A stretch of DNA of 63,502 nucleotides, taken from contig RDEW01000009.1 in the NCBI GenBank assembly GCA_011109175.1, positions 67,735 to 131,236 on the forward strand, given 5' to 3'. A program made the position numbers and the translations under genes. This DNA is from Dicyema japonicum. Lineage: Eukaryota > Animalia > Dicyemida. The notes under the pieces are model-generated. The model was given only the letters and a program-made list of their open reading frames with translations, made no database searches and was not told the origin of the DNA. This document shows, piece by piece, positions 61,905 through 63,502 of this stretch (within the stretch, counting starts at the first letter, position 1; every line of letters starts with the position of its first letter).

Positions 61905-62185
61905 CTGCTTGCTTGTCTGTTCCTCCTCTCTCTTCCTAATAGAGTGGCGTCATGTGATCCACCTGTCTAGGTGACGCCCAATGCCAGGCCTGCATGAAAA
62001 AGGATCATTTGTTCTTCCCACTCTAGTGAAGGAGTTTCCACAACTGCATGTAATGGACGTCTTACCCTTTATGCTATTTCCGGATGGACTCTGTTTCTGT
62101 AGAAGTGGAAACTGGATACACTTAATTAGTTGTTTACTTTAACTTCTTTATCGGTGTATCCGGGGTTAATAAATAAATAAATATT
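61905..62185 (+). repeat. LINE-tail-like repeat ending ...DSVSVEVETGYT*, then (TAAA)n
   Basis: Homologous to 58550-58810 and 2350-2690. Confidence 0.6.
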
Positions 62186-62259
62186 ATTTCTATAGGCACG
62201 TATGAGATTCCAAGATCAAGACAAAGCATGTGCAAAACGAAAAAGTTATTAATCTAATT

Positions 62260-62490
62260 AACATAGCCCATCACCTTTTATCCGTTGCCATGTTCCGCAT
62301 ATCTAGATCATCCCCATTTTTAAGGCACTTTCTAATCCTACTGAGATCTTTATCTAAGATTACTAGCAGTTTTGTTTTTGGCCGACCGCGGAAAGCGAAA
62401 CCTCTAAGAAAAAATACTTCTCCAATGCTATGTTGGCAATGGTCCCCATATCGTGACGGAATATGTATCCAAACAGCCTCCATCTTGAAT
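62260..62490 (-). mobile_element. RTE-like 3' fragment
   Basis: RGRPKTKLLVILDKDL...GDDLD matches the end of the 57.6-58.2 kb copy. Confidence 0.7.
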
Positions 62491-62559
62491 CAATAATTTC
62501 ACATGCTATTGGCTCAGTTCCTGTTATCTTGTACAAGATTTTGGACGGCTATTTGAAAA

Positions 62560-63058
62560 AGCTTCGAAAAGAAAGGATTGCTCGGAGATTGTGGTACACG
62601 ATAAGGAGTCTAGCCACGTCCTTATCATAGAGGTTGACATTACGTCTCAAAACCGTTTGCAGAGTGTAGAGGTAGAAAAAAGGAAGTATGACTTGCTTGC
62701 AAACGAGATGGGGCAGATGCTTGTTTGTTAGGTCTTTGTTATTCCAATAGTAATGGCGTGGGAAGGAATTGAAACAAAGTACCAAAAGGGTTTTCTGAAG
62801 CAGTTAGGGGTAGATAGGAAGCTCCAGGCTTATCTACAGTCCACTGAATTAAAGCAGACCCTAGAGAGCTTGACACTGGAGTATACGAGGCAGAGCCCGG
62901 AGATGTCATATGGGCAGAGAGTTCAATTAGACAAGGCGCTTTCGGAGTTGTTTAGGCAACCAGAATCGAACCAGTCTGAAGAATCTGGAGAACAGGAAGT
63001 GTTCGACTGTTTATCTTTGCAATTATACAATACTTACTTGTTTCCAAAAACTCGATAG
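62560..63058 (+). mobile_element. R4/Dong-like 3' end (RLE domain)
   Basis: KYDLLANEMG and MAWEGIETKYQKGFLKQLGVDRKLQAYLQS. Confidence 0.82.
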
Positions 63059-63502
63059 TTTAAGATATAAAGCCGAGAATAATCCTATCTCGTGCTAACA
63101 ATCGCTCCCTGCGTGAGGGCATGAGGATTTTATCAAAAGAAAGCCAGTCTACTTCATAAAAAAGCATTCTCGCGCAGCCGAATCACTTACGAAGGAAAGA
63201 GATTGCCTAAAAAGCTGACATAAACAGCCTTGGGAAACCAGGGCGAAAATCCGAGTCTTGGAGAGAGATCAGATACAAGGCTAAGATGAAAAAGGAAAGA
63301 GATAGAAATAACCTTATTTACACCGTAAACAAACAGTCCTCCCACACGAGGATGTGGGATACTCTTCTGGGCTTTACCAACTTTTAGAGACTGGCTCCTT
63401 GTGAAGACCTAGAGAACAAGAACTTTTTAAACAAGATGATAAAATTTTACTCCTCCGTGAGCTTCATTCCACAAAAAGAAATTGAGGTATTCCCACATCC
63501 TC

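Noticed and set aside
1-63502. Microsporidian origin suggested by TE types and short introns
   Set aside because: PET117-like and ZYG-11-like genes and the variable splice donors do not fit canonical microsporidia. Retained only as a TE-transfer hypothesis.

Overview
AT-rich eukaryotic nuclear DNA that is mostly a graveyard of nested transposable elements. No rRNA, tRNA or CRISPR array is supported. Host genes are few: a PET117-like COX assembly factor, an intron-retaining GRWD1/RRB1 pseudogene, a ZYG-11/ZER1-family gene with at least 12 introns of 21-24 nt, and two paralogous fragments of an unidentified gene. All proposed GT-AG introns with unambiguous boundaries are 21-28 nt. With PET117 (respiring mitochondria) and ZYG-11 (a mainly animal family), this suggests an animal with miniature introns, such as a dicyemid or myxozoan-like parasite. 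That is inference, not an identification. DNA transposons: a FLYWCH MULE with modular TIRs (one apparently intact copy with an 8-bp TSD, two derivatives), two Tc1/IS630 copies with 21-bp-array TIRs, and two Buster-type hATs with 8-bp TSDs. Retroelements: many non-LTR copies (CRE-like, RTE-like, Ingi/Jockey-like, R4/Dong-like). Highlights: (1) both the MULE and Tc1 transposases carry 24-nt and 28-nt host-style introns placed so that retention removes catalytic residues; (2) a 5'-complete Ingi-like LINE starts with a predicted 74-nt HDV-like ribozyme followed by a 2A/StopGo-like peptide; (3) a near-intact CRE ORF has an N-terminal PHD-like finger. All calls come from manual reading and splicing; no searches were run.
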